Shown piece by piece: positions 10,194 through 21,476 of a stretch of 64,000 nt of DNA. A program made the translations under genes and the position numbers. The notes beneath the pieces are model-generated. The model was not told the DNA's origin. It worked only from the letters and a program-made list of their open reading frames with translations, and did no database searches. The stretch comes from Nitrospinales bacterium (GTDB taxonomy: Bacteria; Nitrospinota; Nitrospinia; Nitrospinales; VA-1). The DNA lies in the NCBI GenBank assembly GCA_965223795.1, contig CBDCXL010000002.1, forward strand, positions 1,984,001 to 2,048,000, given 5' to 3'. Every line of letters begins with the position of its first letter. The first letter of the stretch is position 1.

Positions 10194-12046
10194 TCACGCC
10201 GTGCGAACAACCAGCGTGCAGGGGCCGTGAAATTCCAGATTGAGGTTCCGGTTTTCAGGATCGATGCGGGGAGGCACAGGAGTCGACGCGAAACGGCCTT
10301 CCTCGGAATGCAGCACAACGGAATTTTCCTGCGAGAAAACGCCGCTGTGCGCGATGCGGACGGTTTGCGGGCCTTTAAAACAGGCGGCGATCGTCAGGTC
10401 AGAACCGTTCTTTGCGGTTCGCTTGAGAATGAGTGCGTCATTCTGGACATCCCAATCGAGTTGCGCATCGGGCGCAAAGCAGGGTTCGTTCTTTCTAAGA
10501 GTGAGCAGCGCCTGATACAAACGCAGGACACCCGCATGCGGTTCGTTTTCGGGTTCCAGCCAGTCGAGTCTGCTTTTGTCAAACGTCTGCACCGCCTGCG
10601 GATCGGGAATGCGGCTGCGTGCGTCCGCATCATGAAATGCCTTAAACTGCATGAATTCCCGCCTGCGGCCGCGGGTCACTTTTTTGCCCAGATCCTCCGG
10701 ATGGTCGGTGAAAAAACAGAACGGCGTCCCGGCGGCCCATTCCTGCCCCATGAACAGAAGCGGCGTCGCGGGGGACAACAAGAACCAGGCGCTGAGCGCA
10801 CGGTACACCGAAAGGTCGATCTTGAAGTTCAGCCGGTCGCCGTGCGCCCGGTTGCCCACCTGATCGTGGTTCTGGATGCAGTGCACGAAGCGCATGAGGG
10901 GAATGGCATCGGTTTTTGTGCCGCGCGTTTTGTTCCTGTGCTCGGAATGCTGTCCTGTGTAATACCAGCCCTGCCGCGCTGTTTTGAGCAGGTCTTCCGG
11001 CGTGCCGGAAAAATCGCGGAAGTAGCCGTCGTCGTCGCCCGCGGTCAGGCGGCGGACCTGATGGTGGAAATCGTCCGCCCACACCGCGTCCAGTCCGTAA
11101 CCGCCTTCGTCTGCGGGGCGGATGATGCGGTGGTCGTTGTCGTCGTCTTCGGCGATGAGCAGGGCGGGGCGGGAGGTTCGACCGCGGGCGTGCACGGTTT
11201 GCGCCAGCTCTTTTAGAAAATGCGTCGGGCTGTCGTCGACGATGGCGTGGGTGGCGTCGAGGCGCAGCCCGTCGATGTGGTACTCGTGAATCCAGTGGAG
11301 CGCGTTCTCGATGAAAAACGCGCGCACGTGATTTGAAGCCTTGCCGTCGAAGTTGATGGCGTCACCCCACGGGCTCTTGTGGCGTTTGGTGAAGTAGTCG
11401 GATGAGAAAGCGCCCCAATAGGCGCCATCGGGCCCGAAGTGGTTGTAGACCACATCCAGCAGCACGCCGAGTCCAAGCGCATGCGCGGCGTCCACCAGTT
11501 GTCTCAGAGCGTCGGGCGCGCCGTAGCAGCGGGCCGGGGCGAACAGATCGACGCCGTCGTAGCCCCAGTTGCGCTGGCCGGGAAAATCCGCCACCGGCAT
11601 CAGCTCGACGGCAGTGGCGCCGAGGTGTTTGATCCATTCGAGTTTCTGTTGAACGCCGGTAAAATCGCCGTCCGGGTGGAAAGTGCCGACATGCAGTTCG
11701 TAAATGACCAGGTTTTCCAGTTCGAGCCCTTGCCAGTGCGCGTCGGTCCAGGCGAATTGCGCCGGGTCCACCACCTGCGAGGGACCGTGCACGCCTTCGG
11801 GCTGGTAACGCGATGCGGGGTCGGGATGGGCCGGGCCGCCGTCGAGACGGTAACGATAACGGTCGCCCGGTCTGACATCGGACCGGGTGCAGGAAAAGTA
11901 CCCTTCTTTTTCGGGCTGCATGGGATGGACGGCCTCCGCGTCGCTGCCGGCATGCAGGATGAGATCCAGCGAGCGCGCCTGCGGCGCCCAGACCCGAAAG
12001 CGGGTGCCGCCGTCCGCCGGAAACGCCCCCAGCGCGGGCCGGTAGC

Positions 12047-12050
<4 letters not shown>
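10194..12050 (-). CDS. treZ: Malto-oligosyltrehalose trehalohydrolase
   Basis: Start re-called at ATG 12050 (MSYRPALGA), overlapping the glgX stop. Motifs FRVWAP, DPASRYQPEGVHGPS, YELHVGTF, RNWGYDGV, GLRLDATH, QNHDQVGNR. Confidence 0.94.
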
Positions 12051-14179
<2,129 letters not shown>

Positions 14180-14228
14180 CTCTTGCGGAGGGCCGGGGGA
14201 AGCAGGATCATGAAGGACTCCTCAAAGG

Positions 14229-14741
14229 TCAGTAAACGGGGTTGTGAAAATAATACAGGGCGTCGTCTCCGGGATTGATGCTGTAATCCGGCAGGCTGGA
14301 ACAGTGCTCCAGAGCGATTTTCCAGGACCGGTTGTCTTTTTGAAACACATAGCTGCACACGCTGTGTTGCCTTTCGTCGGTGTCGGTGCTTTTGGAGGTG
14401 ATGCTTGAAATTTCATCCACCAGGAGAAATCCGACTTTGTCTCCTATTCTACCCGAGAGCACCTGCCGCTGGGTCTTGCATTCCATGCCCCTGAACTCGG
14501 ACATCATCTGCCGGTACCCCTCGATCCGGTTTTCCAGAAGATACCGTTTATCGTCGGCCAGGATCACCTGCTTGGGAGCGTAGTGGTCGCTGATTTTTTC
14601 GGGCTGCGTGCAGACGAGCCCGTCGAGTTTCTTGAGGACTTCGCTCAAGGCTTCGGTATCGGCCGAAGCCTGCACACGAACAGGAGCGAGGGCCGTCAAT
14701 ACAATCCAGGTCAATGATAGTACTTTTGCCATGTGTTTCAC
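14229..14741 (-). CDS. Exported SnoaL/NTF2-like fold protein
   Basis: Signal peptide; C-terminal SYVFQKDNRSWKIALEHCS resembles the NTF2-like WKIxxxHxS pattern. Start may be 14732. Confidence 0.65.
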   Translation of the reverse strand: MKHMAKVLSLTWIVLTALAPVRVQASADTEALSEVLKKLDGLVCTQPEKISDHYAPKQVILADDKRYLLENRIEGYRQMMSEFRGMECKTQRQVLSGRIGDKVGFLLVDEISSITSKSTDTDERQHSVCSYVFQKDNRSWKIALEHCSSLPDYSINPGDDALYYFHNPVY

Positions 14742-14816
14742 AATTCCAAATCCTCCGCAAGCGTCTCTATTTTAAATGGATTCATGAGTAATTTCCGGTG
14801 TTGCCTGTATCCCCTC

Positions 14817-16994
14817 TCAGGGGAAATTTTGAAAATAGATCTCCACGGTCTCGCCGTCGTGGGCCCAGCCGAACGTTCCCGTTCCCGCATAGGTTGTAAT
14901 GATCCCGTTGGTGTCGACTTTGCGGATGCGGTTGTTGCCCATGTCCGAGACGAACATGTTGCCTTTTTTGTCGAACGCGATGGCGGAAGGATTTTTCAGC
15001 ATGGCCTTTTCGGCCGGACCGCCATCGCCCGCGTATCCCTGGTAACCCTTACCCGCCACGGTGACGATGTTGCCGTCCTTGGTGATTTTGCGGATGATGT
15101 GGGTGTTGGACCCGACGATGTGCAGCTCGCCTTCCGGGCTCATCCTCAAAAAGTCCATCGAACGGATGCCGGCCTTGAGCGCCGGTCCGCCGTCGCCCGT
15201 GTCCTTGTGGTTGCCGTTGCCGGCGATGGTGGTCACGATGCCCTTGGTGTCGATTTTTCGGATCACGTTGTTCGCGGTGTCGGCGACGTACAGGTTGTCG
15301 TCCTTATCGACCGCGAGGGCGGACGGATCGCGGAACGCCGCCTGGTTGGCGGGACCGCCGTCGCCGGTGTAATCCGAATCTCCGTTGCCGGCGAAGTTGG
15401 TGATGTTGCCGTCGGTGTCGATTTTACGGATCTGGTGGTTCAAACGGTCGGAGATATAAAGATTGTCTTTGCTGTCGAAGACGATGTCGGAAAAATGCGT
15501 GATGAAGGCCAGGGCGCCGGTGGAAGCACGGCCCTTGAATTTCGCGGCCGAAAGCGATTCGACGTATTTGGGGTCCGACGATTCCAGATACAGGGTGATG
15601 ATGCCCTTGGTGTCGATTTTGCGGATCATGGCGACAAAACCCGAAGGACTCACCATGAACAACTCGCCCTTGCTGTTCAGATCGATGGAGGTGACGTGGT
15701 ACAGCGACGCGTCTTTTGCGGGACCGCCGTTGCCGACGTTGCCGCGGGTGCTGTTGCCGGCGATGGTCTGGATGATTCCCTGCGGGCTGATTTTGCGGAT
15801 GCGGTAGTGCCCCTTGTCGGAAAAGATCAGGTTGCCGTCCTTGTCCACGACCATGCCGTGCGGGAAATTCAGCACCGCTCCGGTCGCCGGTCCGCCGTCG
15901 CCGGCGAACTGCTTTTTGCCGTTGCCCGCCACGGTGGTGACTTTTCCCCGCTTGAGGTCGATGCGCCGGATGCGGTAATGCGAGCGGTCGATGACGAGAA
16001 GATTTCCGTCGGGCTCCACGGCGATGCCGAAGGGCAGGTGCAGGTTGGTGTCGCGGGCCAGCTCGGAATCGCCGTTGTAGTCCTGCTGGCCGGTGCCGGC
16101 GACGGTGCGGATCATGCCCTGCGTGTCGATCAGGCGGACGCGGTTGTTGTTGCGGTCGGCGACGTAGATGTTGCCCTGTTTGTCCACCGCCACATCGGTG
16201 GGGCCGGCGATGCTCGCCCTGTAGGCGGGCCCGTTGTCACCCATGAAGAAGAAGCCGCCGTCTCCGCCGACGGTGGTGATGATGCCGCTGGGGTTCACCT
16301 TGCGGACGCGGTTGTTGCCTCTGTCGGCGATGAACAGGTTGCCCTTGCCGTCGGTGGCAAGACCGAAGGGCCTGTCGACCCGAGCCTTGACCGCGGGTCC
16401 CGAGTCGCCGGAATAGCCGGTCTCGCCGTTTCCTGCGTAGGTGGTGATGATGCCGTTGGTGTCGATTTTGCGGACCCGGTTGTTGGTGCGGTCGGAGATG
16501 AAGATGTTGCCGTCTTTATCAAGCGCGATTCCGGAAGGCAGGTTGAGCTGTGCCTCGGCCGCCGGTCCGCCGTCGCCTTTGAATCCGGCTGTCCCGGTCC
16601 CTGCAATCGTTGTGATGATTCCCTGTTTGTCCACCTGGCGCACCACGTGGTTTTCCCGGTCGGCGATATAGACGTTGCCCTCATCGTCCACGGCGATGCC
16701 GGCGGGCGTCCTCAGTGTGGCTTTGACGGCGGGTCCGCCGTCGCCGGTGTAGCCCGCGGAGCCGGTGCCGGCGACCAGAGTCATGCGGCCTTTGTCGTCG
16801 ATCTTGTGGATGGTGTTGTGGGCCCTGCGGGAGAAGTAGATATTGCCCTTTTTGTCCACGGCGATGCCGTCGACCAGAGAGATGTTGGTGTCGGTCGCCC
16901 GCACTCCCTTGCCCCATGCGGAGGAAGCGAACAAGAGACCGGTCAGGATGACTGCTGTGTATGCAAAGAAAGCCTTGCGCCTGTTATCGAGCAT
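14817..16994 (-). CDS. Exported NHL-repeat beta-propeller protein
   Basis: Signal peptide plus about 12 repeats of the type IAVDxxGNxYIADxxNxRVRKIDxxGIITTxAGxGxxGxxGDGGPA. Confidence 0.92.
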   Translation of the reverse strand: MLDNRRKAFFAYTAVILTGLLFASSAWGKGVRATDTNISLVDGIAVDKKGNIYFSRRAHNTIHKIDDKGRMTLVAGTGSAGYTGDGGPAVKATLRTPAGIAVDDEGNVYIADRENHVVRQVDKQGIITTIAGTGTAGFKGDGGPAAEAQLNLPSGIALDKDGNIFISDRTNNRVRKIDTNGIITTYAGNGETGYSGDSGPAVKARVDRPFGLATDGKGNLFIADRGNNRVRKVNPSGIITTVGGDGGFFFMGDNGPAYRASIAGPTDVAVDKQGNIYVADRNNNRVRLIDTQGMIRTVAGTGQQDYNGDSELARDTNLHLPFGIAVEPDGNLLVIDRSHYRIRRIDLKRGKVTTVAGNGKKQFAGDGGPATGAVLNFPHGMVVDKDGNLIFSDKGHYRIRKISPQGIIQTIAGNSTRGNVGNGGPAKDASLYHVTSIDLNSKGELFMVSPSGFVAMIRKIDTKGIITLYLESSDPKYVESLSAAKFKGRASTGALAFITHFSDIVFDSKDNLYISDRLNHQIRKIDTDGNITNFAGNGDSDYTGDGGPANQAAFRDPSALAVDKDDNLYVADTANNVIRKIDTKGIVTTIAGNGNHKDTGDGGPALKAGIRSMDFLRMSPEGELHIVGSNTHIIRKITKDGNIVTVAGKGYQGYAGDGGPAEKAMLKNPSAIAFDKKGNMFVSDMGNNRIRKVDTNGIITTYAGTGTFGWAHDGETVEIYFQNFP

Positions 16995-17201
16995 GTTGTG
17001 CCTCTGGGTTGCTCTTCGCCCTTTTCCGAATCTTCTGCCGAAAAAGGGTTTCGGATGTCGGTATCGGTGATTAAAAATTTGGGGAACTCTGAAAATAGGG
17101 TGTTGATTTCGATTGCCGGCGGGCTCTCTGGTCGGGATTGCTTTAAGCCCAAACAGGATAGAGGCGCCTTCCAGAATGTTTTATAATTCAGAAAGTTCGG
17201 A

Positions 17202-17312
17202 CCGGAATGGCGAGAGGGCATGGTGCTGAAACCCCGCCGCGAAGATTTCCCGACCCGGACCCGTTGCATGATGACGGGAATGAAGCCGCACCACCCTCTG
17301 CATCCGGCTTCA
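17202..17312. ncRNA. Predicted structured RNA element of unknown class
   Basis: Nested complementarity CCGGA/TCCGG, AGAGGG/CCCTCT, TGGTGC/GCACCA, inner CCCGT/ACGGG hairpin; alternative 8-bp stem TGAAGCCG/CGGCTTCA. No family recognised. Confidence 0.35.
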
Positions 17313-17499
17313 ATGGGGGGTCGCGCGGTCGTGTCCGTTGTCGTGCCTATAACGGTCGATTATACGGCTGGGGGTAGTGATGTCAATTGGATTTTGATCT
17401 TGTATTTAAAGCGGTTCGCCCCTTCGAACCGGCGCGATTCCGGGCCTGCGTTTGACGGATGTGGGAAACCCGGCGCAATGGTGCTATGATGGTTTCACC

Positions 17500-19290
17500 A
17501 TGAAAACTTTGTTGATATTTCCGGCGCAATGGTATCCCACGCAGCCGTATCTCAGCACGCCCTACCTCACGGCGTATCTCCGCTCGAAAGGCTGGGAAGT
17601 GGACCAGCGGGATCACAACATCGAGTCTTACGACCGCTTTCTGTCTCCTGAGTGGCTGGAGAAATCCGTGAACAAAATGCAGGCCCGCCTGGATGCGGTG
17701 CGCTCCAAAAACCGGTTCACCATTCGGGAGAAATCGCTGCTGGACGTGCTCGCCACGGGAATCAAGTTCGCGCCCGCCATCCTCTCGCAGATCGAGGAAG
17801 CGAAGGCGGTGATGCGCACGCCGGACCGGTTTTTCGATTTCGACTCTTACCAGCAGGCGGACATGGTGATCAAGTCCGCGCTCAAGCTGGTCTCCGATGC
17901 GTACGCGCCTTCGGTGTTTTCCCTGTCCACGTTTGAAAGCGGGACTCGGGCCGAGGAATCGACGCGGCGGGCGGCGCAGTTCACGCAGAACCGCGACGCC
18001 AATCCGTTCATCGGCCTGTACGAAGAAACGCTGCTTCCCGGCGAAAACTGGGGCGATTATCAGGTGGCGGGCATCTCGATCGTGGGCATCTCGCAGATAC
18101 TGCCGGGACTCACGCTGGCGCGCATGCTGAAAGAAACGCAGCCGCACCTGCACGTGGTGCTGGGCGGTCCGATTTTCAGCGTCAACGGCAGCCAGTTGAA
18201 AACGCGGCCGGAATTTTTCGATGCCTTCTGCGACAGCGTCGTTACCTTTGAAGGCGAGGAACCGCTGCACCGTCTCCTTAAGGCGCTCAAAGCGGGAAGT
18301 TCGCTGCACGAGGTTCCCAATCTCATCTTCAAGGAAGACGATGGCGTGTGCCTCAACAAGGAGCGGGTGGAACTGCGTTTCGAGGACCTGCCGCCGCCGA
18401 CGTTCGACGGGCTGGACATGGGACGCTATCTGTCTCCCTATCCCATCCTGCCGGTGCTGCAGAGCCGCGGCTGCTACTGGGGCAAGTGCACGTTCTGCAC
18501 CCACAGCTATGTTTACGGGCACCGCTACGGCAAGCAGCGCACGCGGCAGATGGTGGACGAGCTGGAGTCGCTGTCGAAGCAGTACGGCACGCGCTATTTC
18601 ACGTTTTCCGACGAAGCGGTTTCGCCGCATTCGCTGAACGACGTCTCCGAGGAGATGATCGAACGGGGTTTCGAGATCCGTTCGCTGGCGCTGCTCAAAT
18701 TTGAAAAGGTCATGGACGCAGCGTTGTTCGACAAGATGAAACAGGCGGGTTTCGTGTTTTTGATGTTCGGCCTGGAAAGCGCCAACGACCGCGTGCTTAA
18801 GCTCATCGACAAGGGCACCTGCAAGGAAGTGGAGCAGGAAGTGCTGAAAAAAAGCAGCGATTCGGGGATCTGGAACCACACGTTTCTGTTTTTCGGCTTC
18901 CCGACGGAGACGCAGGACGAGGCGCAGGACACCATCGACTTTCTGATGGACAACCTCGACTCGATCCATTCGTTCGGTCCGGGGGTGTTTCTGCTGAACC
19001 GGGATTCGAGCTGCTACCAGTACCCGGAACGCTACGCGATCGCGAAGATCGTTCAGGACCCGGATGCGGACATCGCCATGAACCTGGATTTCGTCACCAC
19101 GCAAGGCATGTCGCGCGAAGAAGCGGTGGCGATGAACGACAAATGCATTCAGATGGCGGAAGAAAAGTTCCCCTCGCTCAAGATCTGGGGAACGCTGCCG
19201 CGGGAACATTTTCTGCTCTACCTCGACCGCTACGGCAAAGAGGGGCTGAGCGGAAAGCCCAGCCTGAAAGGAAACCAGGTTCTCTGCTGA
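17500..19290 (+). CDS. B12-binding domain radical SAM protein (paralog 1)
   Basis: Start re-called at ATG 17500 (MKTLLIFPAQW). N-terminal B12-binding-like region, SRGCYWGKCTFC, FSDE, GLES. Confidence 0.9.
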   Translation: MKTLLIFPAQWYPTQPYLSTPYLTAYLRSKGWEVDQRDHNIESYDRFLSPEWLEKSVNKMQARLDAVRSKNRFTIREKSLLDVLATGIKFAPAILSQIEEAKAVMRTPDRFFDFDSYQQADMVIKSALKLVSDAYAPSVFSLSTFESGTRAEESTRRAAQFTQNRDANPFIGLYEETLLPGENWGDYQVAGISIVGISQILPGLTLARMLKETQPHLHVVLGGPIFSVNGSQLKTRPEFFDAFCDSVVTFEGEEPLHRLLKALKAGSSLHEVPNLIFKEDDGVCLNKERVELRFEDLPPPTFDGLDMGRYLSPYPILPVLQSRGCYWGKCTFCTHSYVYGHRYGKQRTRQMVDELESLSKQYGTRYFTFSDEAVSPHSLNDVSEEMIERGFEIRSLALLKFEKVMDAALFDKMKQAGFVFLMFGLESANDRVLKLIDKGTCKEVEQEVLKKSSDSGIWNHTFLFFGFPTETQDEAQDTIDFLMDNLDSIHSFGPGVFLLNRDSSCYQYPERYAIAKIVQDPDADIAMNLDFVTTQGMSREEAVAMNDKCIQMAEEKFPSLKIWGTLPREHFLLYLDRYGKEGLSGKPSLKGNQVLC

Positions 19291-19338
19291 CCGGGGGAAC
19301 CGTTTCCGCAAGGGCTGACACCAATTGGGAATCGTACG

Positions 19339-21150
19339 ATGAAAATCCTGCTTCTGTTTCCACCGGACTGGCTCCCCTCGGAGCCCTATCTGAGCCTGCC
19401 TTCGCTCACGTCGGTCCTGCGACCCAAAGGACACGAGGTGATCCAGAAAGACATCAATGTGGAGATGTACGACCTGTTCTTCAGCTCGCCGTTCATGGAC
19501 CACATCGCCGGCCGGATCGCCTACGAGGTGAACCATCTCAAGTATGTGCAGTCCCATCAGGGGCTGAACGAAGAGGAGCAGGCGCTGCTAGACCAGCTGT
19601 CTGCCTGCACGTCGGAGCGGATCGCCGCGCTGAAGCAGGATGTCGAGCGGGCGAAGGCGATTTTGAGAAGCGAATCGTTTTACGAAATCGATTCATTGGA
19701 ATGGGCGACGCAGGTCCTGCACGAGACGATGGCGTTCATCTCGCTCGGCTACTATCCGGCGCAGATCTGTTTTCCGCCCATCGAGACGGACCTCGTCTAC
19801 AAGCCGTTCATGTCCACCGAGATCCTGGAATCCCTGGACGACCGGCAGATCAATGTGTACCGCGACGTGTACCGCAAGCTGGTGCTGCCGGTCATGCAAA
19901 AGGAGCGGCCCGGCGTGGTGGGCATTTCCGTCGTGCAGCAGAAGCAGCTCATCGCCACGTTCACGTTCTGCAAACTGATCAAAGAGGATTTTCCCGAGAC
20001 GCACATCACGCTGGGCGGCAACATCGTCACGCGCATCCGCGACGTGCTGCCGGAAAAACCCGCGCTGTTCGATCACTTCGACAGCGCGGTGGTGTACGAG
20101 GGCGAGAGCGCCTTTCTCAAGCTGGTCGAAGCGGTGGAGAACAAGGCGGATTTTTCCAAACTGCCGAACCTGATCTACAAGGACGCGGCGGGCGTGCACG
20201 TGAACAAAGAGGTGTTCGCCGAGGATCTGTCCGAGCTGCCGCCGCCGGATTTCGACGGCCTGCCGCTGGACAAGTACTTTGTGCCGGAGCTGATCCTGCC
20301 GTACCTCGCGACGCGCGGCTGCTACTGGGGCCGCTGCACGTTCTGCGATCATTTCCAGGGCTACGTGGAAGGGTTCCGCACCAAGCAGGTGGATCAGATC
20401 GTCGATGAGATCGAGTTTCTCAAGGACAAATACGGCACCCGTTTTTTTCATTTCACCGACGAGTCGTATCCTCCGGCGCTGTTCCGCAAGCTGTCGCGCG
20501 AGCTGATCGAGAAGCAATCCAACATCGTCTGGACCACGCACATGCGTTTCGAGGAATCGCTGCTCGATGAGGAAGTGTGGCAGGACGTGCACGCTTCGGG
20601 CTGCCGTTACCTGCACTTCGGCTACGAATCGGGCAACCAGCGCGTGCTCCAGTTGATGGACAAGGCGACCAACCTCGACGCGATCCGCACGAACCTGCGC
20701 ATGTCCTCGGAAGCCGGCATCTGGAACCACATCATGGGATTTTTCGGGTTTCCCGGCGAGACCAACGAAGAGGCCGACGACAGCAAGCGCTTCGTGCACG
20801 AGAACCGCGAGCACATCCATTCGCTCGGCTTCATGACCTATGTGCTCGGCAAATACAGTCCGGTGGCGTTCGAGCCGGACAAGTACGGCGTGTCGTATTA
20901 TAAAAATCCCGAATGGGATCTGGCGCTCGACTATTACTTCACCGTCGACAAGGGGCTGGGCATCCAGGAGGCGATGGACGTGTTCGAGGAATTCGAAAAG
21001 AACCACGATCCGCGCTGGGACCTGCGCACCTGCGTGCGTGAGTACATCTTCCTCTACATCGAACGCTTCGGCACCAACAAGCTGACGCAATTGCAGATGG
21101 GGCCCGATCAACGGCGCCAGGCCTTCCAGAGCCCGGTGGGAATGGTGTAG
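19339..21150 (+). CDS. B12-binding domain radical SAM protein (paralog 2)
   Basis: MKILLLFPPDW, TRGCYWGRCTFC, FTDE, GYESG; colinear with paralog 1. Confidence 0.92.
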   Translation: MKILLLFPPDWLPSEPYLSLPSLTSVLRPKGHEVIQKDINVEMYDLFFSSPFMDHIAGRIAYEVNHLKYVQSHQGLNEEEQALLDQLSACTSERIAALKQDVERAKAILRSESFYEIDSLEWATQVLHETMAFISLGYYPAQICFPPIETDLVYKPFMSTEILESLDDRQINVYRDVYRKLVLPVMQKERPGVVGISVVQQKQLIATFTFCKLIKEDFPETHITLGGNIVTRIRDVLPEKPALFDHFDSAVVYEGESAFLKLVEAVENKADFSKLPNLIYKDAAGVHVNKEVFAEDLSELPPPDFDGLPLDKYFVPELILPYLATRGCYWGRCTFCDHFQGYVEGFRTKQVDQIVDEIEFLKDKYGTRFFHFTDESYPPALFRKLSRELIEKQSNIVWTTHMRFEESLLDEEVWQDVHASGCRYLHFGYESGNQRVLQLMDKATNLDAIRTNLRMSSEAGIWNHIMGFFGFPGETNEEADDSKRFVHENREHIHSLGFMTYVLGKYSPVAFEPDKYGVSYYKNPEWDLALDYYFTVDKGLGIQEAMDVFEEFEKNHDPRWDLRTCVREYIFLYIERFGTNKLTQLQMGPDQRRQAFQSPVGMV

Positions 21151-21375
21151 CCCGTCCCGCACCGCCAGCCCTTTTTTTCTCCCTGACCGCCATTTCCCTT
21201 TAGGCCGCCGCTGTCCCCCGGCCCCGGGCCCGCTTCACACCCGCTTTTCGACCCTTTCCCCGTCCAATCCGGAACCGTTTTTTTTTGCAAAATTTGTCAT
21301 TCTCTGGCTGAAATATTATCGCCTGTGGGCATTTTTGCATACAATCCGGCGGTGAAACTCCAGTAACTCGCTTAA

Positions 21376-21408
21376 AATCAATATCTTGTGTTTGGCACAG
21401 CCCTTGCT
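21376..21408 (+). promoter_or_regulatory. Sigma54 promoter with adjacent IHF site upstream of the ankyrin gene
   Basis: TGGCAC-AGCCC-TTGCT at 21393-21408 is a consensus -24/-12. AATCAA-TATC-TTG at 21376-21388 matches IHF WATCAANNNNTTR. Confidence 0.8.
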
Positions 21409-21476
21409 CTTTTACGAGTGCTATTCATATAAAGAACCGATCCCAAACTCCGGATACCAGCAAAAAGGGAAATTGT

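Noticed and set aside
17220..17489. 89-aa ORF as a RiPP precursor for the radical SAM pair
   Set aside because: No leader/core features, and it overlaps the structured and promoter region.
17470..17533. Exact 13-bp direct repeat CCGGCGCAATGGT at 17470 and 17521, flanking the radical SAM start
   Set aside because: Only two copies, one inside coding sequence. No array or mobile element context, so it cannot be distinguished from chance.
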